A DNA stretch of 64,000 nt. Origin: Balamuthia mandrillaris (lineage: Eukaryota). The DNA lies in the NCBI GenBank assembly GCA_031835245.2, contig JAVKOQ020000012.1:1-64000 (forward strand), given 5' to 3'. Positions 14,588 to 27,538 of the stretch are shown here, piece after piece (position 1 is the stretch's first letter; each line of letters begins with the position of its first letter). The translations under genes and the position numbers were made by a program. Under the pieces are notes generated by a model. That model worked only from the letters and a program-made list of their open reading frames with translations. It did not search any database and was not told the origin of the DNA.

Positions 14588-15717
14588 TCATGGCGCCTTC
14601 CTTGGATAGAATGTCCCACAAAGCTTGTTTGCTTGTTGTTGCAGCAACATGCTTTGGGCAGTAGTACATGGTGGGGTCTGCAAATCATATGGGCCAATGA
14701 GGTGGGCAGATGGCTGCACCATCGCCCTCTTTTCTTGGCAGAAAAGCCACTTAGGGGAGAGACAGAGGGGGCAGGCCTTGGAACTAATTCGAGTTTCGCT
14801 CATAGCTTGTTGGAGACGGAGCGAGGCGCCAAAAACTTTTTGCAGTTGAAGTGGCGCAAAAAATGATCTGTACATGCAAATCTCCCGTGTTAGTGCGCCA
14901 GCAAAGAATGTGGCAGACAAAAAACGAGGAAGGGGAGACCATAGTTAATGACAGGGATATCCTCAATGCAAAGCGCTGTGTCGCTGCGGGCCTGCAAGAA
15001 CTTGGCTGATTTTCGTTCTTGTAAGTCACCCAGCAAGATTTTGAGGCGGTGCCGGAAAGGGCTTATCAGGTTGACCTCTTTCTTTGAAACTATTTCTGTG
15101 CTTGTCCAGTTCTGAAAGCAGCAATGTGGAAGATGCAATGTGCATCAGCGCATGCTCGCCTTAACAAAAAAAAAGGATAAAAAACCTTAATTTTAGCGGT
15201 TTGTGTTCGTGCCTGCCACTTCATCAGCTCTTTTTGGAGCGTTACAAACAGCTTCAAAAATCTCTCCCGTTGGTTGCCCTGCAGTAAAATACAAATATAT
15301 GCTACTGTACATGGCCAGCGTAAAAGGAAGGGAGCACATACATTTCCCTTCCAGCTGAATATTTGGTAAAACTGATTTCCTTCCTTGACGACCAGCTGCA
15401 GCCAAGCCTGGTTCTCCGAAAAATGTGTCCTGAAGTAGTGAAGGGAGGTATTGCTAGTCGCAAATTCAAGCGTAGAAGACCTGCTCACCATGCATTATTA
15501 TTTTGACAAACGTTGCCACCTTTCAAGCAAAAGAAATACAATACCGCAAGACTCCGTGCTTATGCACTACGAATGCTTCTGTGTTAATGGTGAATGATAC
15601 TTTCAACACAACCTTTAACATCAATGCAAAGCAAAAACCAAGGGCCAATATGGCAAGCGTAAGACCTGCACAACAACGGAGACGACGCAGAGTAAGGCAG
15701 CGAAGAGAGAAGCAACA

Positions 15718-15749
<32 letters not shown>

Positions 15750-16030
15750 AGGCAGAGACTGATAGAGTGGCATGTAAGGAGAAGAGGGAACCTGAGAAGA
15801 AAAGAGGGGAGAAGAGAAGAGAAAAGGATGGAGAAAACGACGAAGGGAAGGGAGAGAGAGAAGCAGGATGAGAGAAAGAGACCTGCAATGCCATAGTACA
15901 TTTCTTGGCTGTGGAAGTAACCATGCAAGTAGGGTTTCTTGCCATAGTTGAGGAGGAAGCCGGCGCCCACTGCCAAGAACAGTATGGTCAAGGGAAACAA
16001 TGCCAGTTTGCCAGTAAATTGGTAGGCCAC
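14588..16030 (-). CDS. Hypothetical membrane protein with two N-terminal hydrophobic helices and a Cys-containing C-terminus; 3' end uncertain
   Basis: Spliceable chain MAYQFTGKLALFPLTILFLAVGAGFLL..YYGIAG / LTLAILALGFCFALML..HGVLR / SSTLEFAT..FSWK / GNQRERFL..KIK / NWTSTEIV..LCIEDIP, joined by GT-AG introns. Confidence 0.55.
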
Positions 16031-16082
16031 CGTGCTGCTTTCTTCCTGCCGTAAGAGCGACCACGTTAAGCTACGCTGCTAC

Positions 16083-16177
16083 AAGAAGAAGAAGAAGAAG
16101 AAGAAGAAGAAGAAGAAGAAGAAGAAGAAGAAGAAGAAGAAGAAGAAGAAGAAGAAGAAGAAGAAGAAGAAGAAGAA
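16083..16177 (+). repeat. (AAG)n microsatellite upstream of the membrane-protein ATG
   Basis: Visible directly. Confidence 0.95.
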
Positions 16178-16439
16178 AAAAAAAGGGAGGGTGGAGAAAC
16201 TCCTACCCAAGAGCCCTTGAATTGGCCCTGTCGGTACAGCAAGTGAGCCTCTTCCTCTTTCTCCAGGTGGCGGGAGGGTGGAGGCGAGCGTCGTCCTTCC
16301 CGTTTCTTCAAAAACGTCATTTGTGGTGTGCTTTGCCTTGTGTTGTTGCTGTGTCAACAAGCAACGGCCGCTCTAGCTGGCCCTCTACTGCCGCCTTCCC
16401 CTGTTGCCGTATGCCGCTAAGCCAGTAAGCGGGGGAGTG

Positions 16440-16645
16440 CCTTGCCTTGCCTTGCCTTGCCTTGCCTTGCCTTGCCTTGCCTTGCCTTGCCTTGCCTTGC
16501 CTTGCCTTGCCTTGCCTTGCCTTGCCTTGCCTTGCCTTGCCTTGCCTTGCCTTGCCGCGCTGCCTTTGCCTTGCCTTGCCTTGCCTTGCCTTGCCTTGCC
16601 TTGCCTTGCCTTGCCTTGCCTTGCCTTGCCTTGCCTTGCCTTGCC
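16440..16645 (+). repeat. (CCTTG)n pentanucleotide array, intergenic
   Basis: Visible directly, with one interruption near 16556-16568. Confidence 0.95.
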
Positions 16646-17102
16646 TGCCCTTCTCTTCTCTTATTTTTTTGGGGCAAAATTTTTGTTTGTTGGGGCTATT
16701 TTTGTAGACAAACGTTTTTTTTTTGTTCTGGGCTGGAAGAAAAGCACGGGGAAGCAGAAGAACAAGAAGAACAAGAAGAACAAGAACATGAAGAAAAGGG
16801 GAGAAGAAGAAGAAAGACCAACGACAGCAGGGGTTGATGGTGGCACCAAAGGCGCAGTCAGAACTTTTTGGGGTGAGAGGTGAGTGGTCAGAGTAGGGTG
16901 TGGCGTAGGCTGTGTAAGGCTAGGCTGGCTTGGCAGGCTGGACAGAGCTGAACAGGGCCGGATTGATGCCAGATAGTAATACAATCGGCAGAACCAAGCT
17001 GATGCCGAGAAATTGGCGTTGGTGTGGGGTGCGGATGACGCGTTGGCATTGGTGTTGGCGTTGGGTATTACCTCCACAGCCTTTTTTTGCAGCAGACAAG
17101 AT

Positions 17103-20100
17103 CTATGAAACGTTGGAGGAAGATATTGCTGTTGTACGAGGCTGTTGTGGTGGTTGTGCTGCCGAAGGAGCAGCAGAAGGACGGGAAGGAGAGGAAGCTG
17201 AGTCTTTAGGTGCCATCTGGCGCCAAACTTTGTGAGAAGGAGCAGTGGCAGCAGATTCGTTGGTAGCTGATCTAGAAGAACCATCACGGGAAGGCTTGCC
17301 GCCGCTGTTTGTTCGGCTTCTGCCTGTACCAGCCTTGGCGTAACGCTGAGATCTCGTGTGTGGTTGGACTTGTGGTGATGGAAGCAGTGCAGCCCCTGGA
17401 GCGGAGACTTCAGGTCCAGAGTCATCATGCCGTGTAGAATCAGTAGCCAAGGGAGTGCGGCCCCCTTCACTGCAGGCAACAAAGTAGAAGAGGAGTTAGG
17501 TTTATTCCCTTTTGGCCATAGTTTTTTCTTTTGCTTGACAAGAAAAAGAACTCTTCTTTTTCTTTACTTGCTCTTTTTCTTCCTTTTTTAACTTCTTGAG
17601 GTTGCAAGGATACAGGAAGCAAATGTTACCTTTTTGAGGGAGGTCGCCTGCCATGATGGTGATGGTTTCGAAAGGCAGGACGGGATGGCGTTTGAGGGAC
17701 GGACTCTTCCTTAGCAGCGTCGTGATGCTTTTCAATAGAAGGCTGTGGAAGAGTTGGCAGTCCGTCCGTAGGTCGCGTAAAGGGAGTTTCCTCTGATTCG
17801 GTTGATGGGCGTGCAATACCACCCTTTGAATAAGAGTTTTGTTGGCGATCATGTGTACTGCTAAGCCCTCGACGGGACGCTTGCTTTCTTCCACCACGGC
17901 CACGCAGCGTTTGACCATTTTGCTTCCTCGCATGCGGCTGTTGTGGTTGATGCGGTTGCGGTTGAGGTTGAGGTTGTGGAGTCGAGGTGGTGCCAATTAC
18001 TGAGGAGGCAGGATTTTGTTGTTGATGGTGTTGGTCGTTTTGTTGGTGAATGAGCGGCGACGATGATGGAGGAGTTTGGGTTTGGGTTGCTGTGGAGGAG
18101 GACTCGTCAACTTTGGTTTGTAGGCTAACAGCTTTTTTGCGATATGTGCTTCCTTCTCGCTTGCGCTGTGAATACTTCTGTGTGCCTTCGACTCCCTTGG
18201 GGTTTCGCTTTGTAGTCCGTGAACTATGCGTAGAGACTCCTTCTTCTTTATGCTGTGGCTCCGCAGGCAAAGTAGATTCTTCTGCTACGTTACCGCTGGG
18301 TAGGCTTTCTGATTGAGAAATCGTAACAACTGTTCCTGTCTTCAACTTTTCTTCTTCGGCTTGTATCTGTGTAAAGCTTACTACAGGAGCTTGAGAAGTG
18401 GCCCAAGGAGAAGGGCTTGGTGCTGACAGTTTCTTTGGGTCTTGAGGCTTTTGAAAGGCCGACTGTTCGGAAACGCCAGAACTGGGACCTGCATGAAGGG
18501 AAGCCCGGGATTTGGAGGGCTTGGCTGATGAGCTCGTGCCACCCTTGCCTCTCCTTCCTTTCTGAGACCGAGGTAGTGAACCCTTCTTGGTGTGCAGGTC
18601 CGCTTGACTTGCAGTGGTTTTTTTCTTTTTGGGTTGAATTTCCGTCCAAAGAGAAGGATCCTCCGCATAACTATGATCAATGCCGTGCTGCTCTCCAATC
18701 ACAACCACGCCTCCTGCAAACGAAGTGATTCCAGCCACCTGTCCTTCGCCGGTTGTGGCAGGCTTCTCTGCCCCCACCTCAGCCACCAGCACCGCGGCAT
18801 CGCTAGTGCTATTTGATGCTGTTTCCACATTCTCGCCCGTGTTTTGAGTACTTGGAGATCCATCCGCAACCCCTTGTTCTTTTCCTGGTTCCGTTTCTAT
18901 TCTTATTCCTTCTTCAGTTCCTGCCAGTTCACGGTTGGTATCTGGCTCGCCTGCAATGGGCAAGGTTGTATCCTCTGCTGTATCAGCTTTTGGTGTCCAG
19001 ACACGCTGCCTTGTCTCTCTTCCAATAGACCTTTGTTTCCCTCGGTATGGAACCTTTGCACCTCGACCCCTACCACGCTCCTGGGACAGTTTGCGAGGAG
19101 GGATTGCCCCTGCTTTAGGCGGAAGGGCGCTACTCTCCGCCACCGCTGTTGTTGTTATGGGTTTGACAGCCTCTACCTCAGATGACTGCGGCGCTTGGGG
19201 TCGTTGCATTATGCGGACATTTTGTGGATCTATGGGAGCACCTCGGTGTGGCGCACCAAACGTTTGCAAAGAGGGCTCGACGCCTTGCTGCGCAAGAGTG
19301 GCACTGTCCTTTTGGTCTGCTGCATTCTGTTCTCGCTTGGCAGCCGCTTTTTTTTCTAGCGCTAAGAGTTTGGCTTGGGCAGCTGCCCTTCTTTCTCTTT
19401 CTCTTTGCTCTTCCTCTTCTTTGCGCTGGATGCGCTTGGCTTCAGCAAGCCTGCGGCGATGCTCTTCTTCTTCCTGGGCTGCACGTCTTTCTTCTTCTCG
19501 CTTCCTTCGTTCTTCTTGATGTCTCCGTTGGGCTTCTTCTTGTTGGCGCTTGATCTCTTCTGCCTTTTGTGCTAAAAGTTCTTGTTCCCGCCGCCTTTCT
19601 TCTTCTCTTTGTTGCTTCTTGAGTTCTTCGTCTTTGCGCTGTGCTTCCAGGCGTCGAGCCTCTTCCTCTCTACGCCTTGCTTCGAGATCCGCTTTTTTCC
19701 GTACCAGCTCCTCTTGCTCTTTACGCTTTCTCTCCTCCTCTAGTCGCTTCCGTTCTTCCTCCTTGCGTTTTTGCTCTTCCGCTAGCAGCCGTCGGTGTTC
19801 TTCCTCTTGGCGCCTCTTTTCTTCTTCCGCTTTTCTCCGCTCTTCCTCTTCTTTTTTTTTCTTCTCCTCTAAACGCATTTCTATTTTTAGCAACTTCAGT
19901 CGGGCTCTCTCTTTGGCCTGTTCTAATTCTCGTTCTTGTGCTTCTAATCGAAGACGTGCCTTTTCTTTGTCAGAGGGAGCACTAGCAGCGGGGGCTTCAG
20001 CTCTACGAGGTTCCGGTAATTTAATGTGTTCTTGTTTGTACTCCTCCTTTCTGTCCCTTGCCATCAAGGAAAGAGCATTAGCGGCGTGGTTTGGTGAGAG

Positions 20101-21653
20101 GTTGCGCCACGTGTCCTGTACAATCGGCTGTCGGTGCTTTGAAGAAAAGAGTCCTGTGTTGACAAGGTCGTGGGGTCTAACCTCGGCCCTTTCCTGACGA
20201 GAAGGAGCTGCATCGGCTCGCCAATGGGTTGCTTTCTCGTTAGGAACAGGCTCAGTAGTTTGGTCTACGGCACTGGAGAACATACCAGCCTCAGTTCCCA
20301 CATCAGCGCCATCATCTGCATTGGCACTATCTTCTGCAGCCTCTTCACTATCATCCCCGACTGACAGATCAGCATCTGCCTGTATCCAGGAGGGCAATTG
20401 ATTGTAGTCGAAACCTTCTTCAGCTTCCGTTGCCCAATCTATTTTGTTGTCATCACTCTCGGTGGTTCTATCATCTTCCGTTTCCCTAGACCGATAAGTT
20501 GAGTTGCTTGTTTGTACAGTCTCTTGCATTGTCACGTTCTTTTGTGTTCCGAAGGAATCAACACTTTTAGCAGGCTGAGTAGCAGCATTAGACCTGGGGA
20601 TTTCTCTAGTAGAATGAGAAGGGCCAACATAACTCCCGGCAGGAGTATCTGGGAGTGTGTGCCGCGAAGCATGCGGTTTACCATGTTCTGAAGAGGGTTT
20701 ATAAGGTTGGGGCATAGTTATAGTTTTTTAAATATAAAAACGAAGGAGTACACACCAGAGGCTGTACTGGTAGGAGGTGACGAATATCGGTCACGCCGCC
20801 AAGACTCCATGGGCTGCTCCGGGGGAGCTTCGTGAGTAGGAGGAACATCTTTTGGGAACCGTTTGTTGCATATGAGTGGTTTGCCATTGTATAAGTACAA
20901 ACACAAAAAAAAAAGGAAAAAGAAAAAAGAAATGACAAGAAAGAACTATCAGATGAAGAAAGAGGAAAGACAGCAATTAAAAAGGCACGTACGATGTACA
21001 CGGGAAGGATAAGGGTTTCGTGGAGGTTGTTGGGTAGGAGGAAAAGAAGGGATTGTCGAGGGTGGCAACCGTGGTCCTGCAGGAGTAGGCTTTTGTTCCA
21101 TTTTGGCACCCAGTGCAGGAAACTCATCAGGAGAGCTAGACACTGGGGTTGGTGGAGACTTGCGATTCCAAACAGAGGAAGTGCTGGATTGAGAGGTCGC
21201 GCGCTCTGAATTGCGAAGAGAAGGGCTGGAAGGAGGAGAGGAAGACGGAGAAGAAGCGGTTGGGGTCCGGGCAGACAGAGAAGAAGGTGGACCCCACGCT
21301 CCGCCACCCTCTGAGCCTTTTCGTGGTGATGGAGAAGTGGAGAGAGCCGATTTAGCTTCCTTTTTAAGGGAGGCTTCTTCCTTCTCTTCTTCTTCTTCGT
21401 CTGCAGTAGCTGCTGTTGTCAGTGTTGGAGGAGGAGGAAGAGGGTGGCTAGAGCCTTTGGCCCAACCAGCACCAGTAGTAACAGTGGTAGTCGCAACATG
21501 GGTCGTCAAGAAGGAGGCAAACTCAGGGCCTGTTTGGCTCTCACTGCGGCGGCTTGGTAGATCAACGGGCTTTGGTACACTGGCGGGTTTAGTGGCTGCT
21601 TTGTGCAGGCTGGAGCTCCGCGCACGACCCCCTCGCCCCGCTGAGGGTAACAT
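17103..21653 (-). CDS. PRRC2/BAT2/MOS1-like disordered RNA-associated protein; start uncertain (see findings)
   Basis: BAT2_N-like PKPVDLPSRRSE and EFPALG, DWA.EAEEGFDY motif, long ER/K charged helix, ARLKLLKIE and AAAQAKLLALEKK motifs; 1029 aa open exon 17626-20715; last exon ends ISSSNVS*. Confidence 0.7.
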
Positions 21654-23486
21654 TTTGCCAGCCGCTCCTGTGTTCTTAGAAGTAGGGGAGGAGGTTTGAG
21701 AGGAGGTGAGTTCGGGTTGGTTTGTCATATCTTGCCAAGTGCGCTTTTGTGGTTCCCTTTCCTTTTCCTTTTCCTTCTCCTTGTTTGCTCGCCCTATTTC
21801 GCCGTTTGTCGTTCCATCGTGCTGTCTTTCGGTTGTTTCAGGCTCCTCTAGATTCATTTCATGCTGGTTATAAGCAACTTCTTGTAGGGTTTGACCTTGA
21901 CCTTCCTGTTCATCTATTGCGCTCTTTGTCTTTTCTCTATCCCCGCTCTCTCTGTCTACAATTTCGTTCTCTTTTTCTTGCTTTTGCTCTTCCGCTTCTC
22001 CTTGCATTGTTGCTTCCTCACTTTCTTTTACCATCCCTCGCTCATTTTCGGTGTCTTTGTCTTCTATTACCTCATATCCCGCTTGCTCTTGCTCTTGCTC
22101 TTGCTCTTGCTCTTGCTCTTGCTCTTGTTTTGCTCTTGCTCTTGCTCTTGCTCTTGCTCTTGCTCTTGCTCTTGCTCTTGCTCTTGCTCTTGCTCTTGCT
22201 CTTGCTCTTGCTCTTGCTCTTGCTCTTGCCCTTGCTCTTGCTCTTGCTGATTTTCCTCCATTCCCTCCATTTTCGCTACTGCAGCCTCCTCTTCCATCCG
22301 TTCTGCTGATGCATTGCTCTCAGGCAGCAGCGTTCGTGTTTTCAAATGACTTTCGCCAGCATTCTCGGTGCTGTTATCAAGGTGATTGGTCTCATCACTA
22401 GAACCGTGCAAGAAGCCGCTCTCAGCGCTCTCGCCAGACGCTGATAGATTTGCAGAGCATTGGTCTCCAAGTTGGTGGCTAGTGTCCTCTGCTGAGAAAT
22501 TCCAAGCTGCTGCTTGTCGTCCACACAGGTTGCACTGTAGGCACAGCCGCCCACCAACGTTGGTGCCAGTGATAGAAGGCTTTAGCAAAGAAGTAGGAGC
22601 TGTCCATCCACAGAGCGCTAGATATGCTGCCCGCTAAAACACATGTAATGTGAAAAGAATGAGTTGCTGCATTGCCATGTTGTTGTGAAAGAAAGTAAAG
22701 TTTGTGCACGTACCCGTTGTTTTGAGTTGGGTTCGCCAAAGGTTGAAGGTAAGGACTGTCCTTCTGGAAGGACACGCATCTTACGTTGTGCGAAAGCAAA
22801 AGGTCAGCAAAATGGAAATGAAACACCAATACCACAAAAGACATACAAGCATTGTTTCGAACTTGGAGCTGATAGCTGGCAGTAGATCTGCATACTCCAG
22901 CAGCGCATCCATCCGTTTGTTGAAGGCGGCTTGTAGTTCAGAGACAGGAGCTGCGTGAAAGGGGTTGCAGCTGAAAGAAAGCGGGGAGGGGTTGTCCTTC
23001 CAGGGACAAAGAGGAGCGTGGTGTTCGTTCAGTTGTGTAACAAAACTGCGTGTGAGTGCCGCCACTTTTTTTTGAAAGAAAAAAAAAGGAAGAAGGTGAG
23101 ATAAACAAAACAGCAAGCGGCTTTAAAACCTCTTTAGGAAGGGTACCTCTGGAAGGCTCCAGGGTAGGAGGCAAATGCAAGGAAAGCCTTCGCTTGCATG
23201 CAGTGCACTCCACCATGTCAACATCGCAGTTGATCCAGCCAAAACGGGCGCACTGCACAGGGGATACATTGGTCGGCTTCGCAAACCATGTAGCAGGGCG
23301 GTAGGAGCGCACTCGTGCGGCAAAGTCACCGAAACTGCGAGGTTGGGGTTTGCTTGGTTTCGAGGCAGCAACCCCTTGGCGACACTCACTTGAGCTGACA
23401 CTGCCTTCACCTGCTATGGAGTAGGTAAGGCCAAGATAAGAGTCCAGGGCTTGAGCGACCCGCCGCTTCGTGACCACAACGTCCAT
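21654..23486 (-). CDS. NIPA/ZC3HC1-like C3HC zinc-finger protein; 3' end unresolved, frameshift in EQ repeat near 22128
   Basis: FAARVRSYRPATWFAKP..VSPVQCARFGW, ECTACKRRL, HAPLCPWKDNPSP, LALCGW, LQCNLCGRQ..WNF. Confidence 0.8.
22081..22247 (-). repeat. (GAGCAA)n coding hexamer repeat encoding EQ
   Basis: Visible directly, with an irregular unit near 22127-22131. Confidence 0.9.
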
Positions 23487-23526
23487 GGTTGTGCTACGCA
23501 GCCTGGCTTTGTTTTTCCCCTTTAAG

Positions 23527-23569
23527 TGACGTCAGTCGGAGAATTGCGAACTTCCCGATGTTGACGTCA
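23527..23569. promoter_or_regulatory. Two TGACGTCA (CRE/ATF-type) palindromes in the divergent NIPA/RPL10 promoter
   Basis: TGACGTCA at 23527-23534 and 23562-23569, within the ~250 bp gap between the two ATGs. Confidence 0.5.
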
Positions 23570-23737
23570 TGAAATTTCTCCGTTTGAGGGGCAGTCGTGG
23601 GGAACCCTCGACCAGGTACGGGAGGAAGTAGGAATCCCCTTCTGCTTCTTTTCTCGGTTAAGAAAACCTTCTTTTTTTTTTCCCCTTATTCTCCATCCAT
23701 ACCGCCAGCCAGCGTCGCAAGCGAGGAACAAGTCAAC

Positions 23738-24510
23738 ATGGGAAGGCGCCCTGCTAGATGGTGTGTAGCGCCTGTGTTTATCTCATGAGTAGTTGTGGTG
23801 TTGGAGATCTCACAGATTTTTTGTTGTTACCATTGCAGCTACCGCTACTGTAAGAACAAGCCTTACATCAAATCCCGGTACTGCCGTGGTGTCCCCGAGC
23901 CCAAGCTCAGGATCTACGATTTGGGCAGGAAGAAGGCCGGTGTGGATGAGTTCCCCTTCTGTGCTCACCTTTTGTCCATGGAAAAGGAACAGATTTCCTC
24001 TGAGGCTCTGGAGGCTTCCCGTATCTCTTGCAACAAGTACATCAGCAAGATGGGAGGCAAGGACTCCTTCCACATGAGGGTGCGCGTTCACCCGTGGCAC
24101 ATCTTGCGTATCAACAAAATGTTGTCGTGTGCCGGAGCTGATAGGTTTGTTGCACTCTCTGCTCTCTTTTCATACATGTTTTACTGATTTGTTTGCGCAG
24201 GCTTCAAACTGGTATGCGTGGAGCTTTCGGTAAGCCCTTGGGTTGCGTTGCTAGGGTTGGCATTAAGCAGATCCTCCTGTCCATCCGTTCTAAGGACAAT
24301 GTGAGGCGCCACGTTCTCGAGGCCTTGCGCAGGGCCAAGTACAAGTTCCCTGGTCGCCAGAAGATCGTCGTCTCCAACAAGTGGGGCTTCACCAAGTTCA
24401 CCAGAAAGGAGTACTTGAAGTACAAGGCTGAGGGCAGAATCATCCCTGACGGCAGCCACTGCAAGCTGAAGCGCCCTCACGGTCCTCTTACCGCTGCCTC
24501 CGTGTTCTAA
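23738..24510 (+). CDS. RPL10: 60S ribosomal protein L10 (uL16), two coding introns
   Basis: [75 protein letters not shown]. Confidence 0.98.
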
Positions 24511-24753
24511 GAAACGTGAAACTCGCTTGCTTGCAATGATGCTCAGGAATAGCTTCCTAAGAATAAACTCTACCTGAACATAGTTTACCCCCTCTTGTTG
24601 TTTTTACGTTACTCTCACCGACGTGCAATGCAGCAAAGCCACTTTGGATTTATTCATGTATTCATTTTCAACAACATTGTTTGCTTCTCTTCTTTCCCTC
24701 TCTAGAATTGTGCCATTCTGTTGTTTGCGTTGTTATTGTTGCCCATCATAACT

Positions 24754-25308
24754 TTACTTGCCCCTGGAGAGAAGAGAACGACGAAGGGTTAATGCAGTAC
24801 TCACAAAGATAAAAACAAAAAGGGGCATACGTATTCATCATCAGCGTTATGTTGTCTCCTTTGAGCAGTATTCTTCCAAGTGGTTTGCGTGTATCGTTTT
24901 TGATGGAGATCTCTTCGGCGTCGTCCAAAACAAGGTTCATGTACTCGTCAAAGCCCTGTTATTCAAACCAAAAATGAGTTGCAATAGGTGAGCGAGTATC
25001 AACAAGAACTGAAAGGCGGAAGTCCTACGATAATTCGTCCTTCAATGCGAAGATCCTTCTGTTCATAGAGCATGATCTGTATGCGGGATTTCTGTAGCAG
25101 CACGAGAGAAGCGGTTAGGTATCTTAAATGATTCCAAGCAGAGAAGAACGAACGTACGTTTTGAAGGAACCTAAAAATCAAGTTCTACAAGCCCCACAAA
25201 CACAGAGGGAAAAAGTTAGTTTGCATCACCAGAGAAAAGGGGAGGACGGAGGAGATTACGAACAATAGGTTGGGTCATAATCTTCGTCACTTTCGTCCGG
25301 CTCGCCAT
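24754..25308 (-). CDS. SNRPE: Small nuclear ribonucleoprotein E (SmE), multi-exon
   Basis: [62 protein letters not shown]. Confidence 0.97.
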
Positions 25309-25605
25309 TTTGGAATGTGCTTGTCAAGGGATAATCTAAAACCGACACCAAAATCAAAGGAACCACACCAAGATGTGTATTACAAATCTTTCCGCTCTCT
25401 TTCTTTTCTTTGCTTTTCTTTGCACGAGGAGTAGGTAGAAACTTGCCTATCCATGAAATTTCTGCATATAGAATTCGCAGAAAACTGAAAAACTGTGAAC
25501 GAGCGCTGACATCACCGCCTGAATAAAACCAAAATAAAACAGACCAAGCCCCAAAACAAGCAAGCAAACGTTCTTCACATACGCACTACACAAAACAGAA
25601 CAAAC

Positions 25606-26054
25606 ATGCAGCAAGATTGGGAGGTGGTAACATTCAAAAAGAAGAATCCTACAAAGGGAGCTGCTGGTGTTGAGCAGGCCCGACAAAGGGGTGCCGCTGT
25701 TGAAACCACAAAAAAATGTACCTGATTTTCACCCTCCCCTTTGCTATTTTTGCAAGAAAAATTTTTTTTCGCTAGCCACTCACTCTGTTTCTTACCTCCA
25801 TTAGTCAACGCTGGAGCTAATAAGCAGCGCCAAGCCGCCGTGGATGCTCGTAAGCTGGAGGCCACAAATGCTGTTGATGAAGATGGAGAAAAGCTAGCAC
25901 GTGCGTTGCCCCCTTTCTCTCACTTGGTTTGATTATGTAGCTTATCTGACTTTACCTCCCCCAGTCAAGAAAGTGTCTAGGGAACAGGCCATGGCCATCC
26001 AAAAAGCTCGGCAAGCCAAAGGCTGGACTCAAAAGGAACTTGGAACGGTAGCCT

Positions 26055-26118
<64 letters not shown>

Positions 26119-26313
26119 GCCACTCACACGCTTTTTATATTTGGATCAATGCAGAGAATTAACGAAAAGCCAACCGTGGTGAACGAGTATGAACAGGCCA
26201 AAGCCATTCCTAACAACCAAATTCTCTCCAAGATGGAGCGCCAGCTAGGAGTGAAGCTCAGAGGAAAGGACATTGGTGAGCCCCTTGTGAAGGGAGGTGG
26301 TCGGGGCAAGTAA
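25606..26313 (+). CDS. MBF1: Multiprotein bridging factor 1
   Basis: [70 protein letters not shown]. Confidence 0.96.
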
Positions 26314-26515
26314 ATTGTAATAGCGCGTTTTTGTTGTTTCTTTGCTTTGCTCTCTTTGCTGTGACAAACAAAAAAGCAGTGAGCAAATCTTTCATGTTCA
26401 TAGCATTTTTCCCGTTCATTGGCGCCTTTGTCTGTTTAGTGTTTACAATAAAACCCCAAAAGGGAGTTTAAACAAAAATTTGTCGCCCGAAGGAAAGATA
26501 AAAGGCTGCGTTACG

Positions 26516-27212
26516 TCAATAGCTGGAGGATGGTGCGCCAAAGAGGCCTTGATCTGCTGTTTTTGGTGGTGTGAAGCCAAGGAACTGGGTGGCGTTGTTA
26601 TTTCGGTCAGCAGAGGAGGGAGGAAGGGAGGGAGGGAGAGAGAGAACCTTTTGGAGGTTACTACGAATGCCAATACTGCAAAGAGCGTACAAAAACGCCA
26701 TGGAACACTCGTAATAGTCTTGACCGAGGAGGCCTCTATGACTGATACCTTGGATGAAGGAGAATGGCTCAAAGGGAAGGCGCGCCACCACTTTGCCACT
26801 AAAGTGAGAGTTGAGCATGCCAAAAAGGGAGATCATGGTCACCGCTACAGCGAACATGGACTTCATCTTGGCCATGTTCAGGTCGCGACTGGCCTCCTTC
26901 AGTGTCGCCTCATATCTATCCACCTTCCTCTCTTTGCTCTTTTTAATCTTGACGATGCCGCTTCCCACTACTTCCTTCTTCCTATCCACTGCGGCCAAAG
27001 GAAACAGATCATGTCAAGGTAAGCGGAGGGCACAAAAAACAAATAAAAAAACTTACTAAAAATGCGTGCGTACGTTTGCTTTGTGTTTGCTCCACCTTCT
27101 CCTTTAACCGCTTGTAGCTTTCTGTGCGATAGACAAGCACCCATGAAAGTGCCTCCGACAACAGCGCACTGACCAAAGAGGCAAAGATGATAGCCAGGCA
27201 GTCCTCCAACAT
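26516..27212 (-). CDS. TMCO1: TMCO1 (EMC3/TMCO1 family ER membrane protein)
   Basis: ALLSEALSWVLVYRTESYKRLK, KMKSMFAV, FSGKVVARLPFEP, SHRGLLG.DYYECS..FLY.LCS.GIR.NLQK/FLGF.P. Confidence 0.95.
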
Positions 27213-27538
27213 TTCTCTTCTCTTCTCTCTTGCGCGCTCTCTCTGGCCCAAAAAATAAAGACTCCTCGTATTTGTCGACACGAAGTATGACAAAAAACCC
27301 CAAAACAAGGCCACAAAAAAAAAACGGAAGGAAGAAGAAAGGAAGGACAAAAGAAAGACCTCCAAGGACCACCAAGCCCACGGCCGCCGCTCTACCCATT
27401 TTGTAGTGCTGTTGTTGCAGCTTTGGTTTGTGGAACGGATTTTTGGTTGCTTGGGATTATTGAGAAGAAATAGCACGGTAGAAAAAAAAAACCGCTTGGC
27501 GTAGTGGTTTCATCACCGCTACTGAACAGTGAAACAAG

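Noticed and set aside
14200..14590. GC-rich, GCN-repeat stretch with short ORFs
   Set aside because: Probably the 5' exon, UTR or promoter of the methyltransferase; no independent gene can be supported.
16404..16883. ORFs with PCLAL or ARQGK repeats
   Set aside because: Stop-free translations of the (CCTTG)n microsatellite.
18935..20197. Long antisense ORFs opposite the PRRC2-like gene (also opposite the ankyrin, IGR and RFC1 genes)
   Set aside because: Shadow ORFs of low-complexity or repetitive coding sequence with no recognisable motifs.
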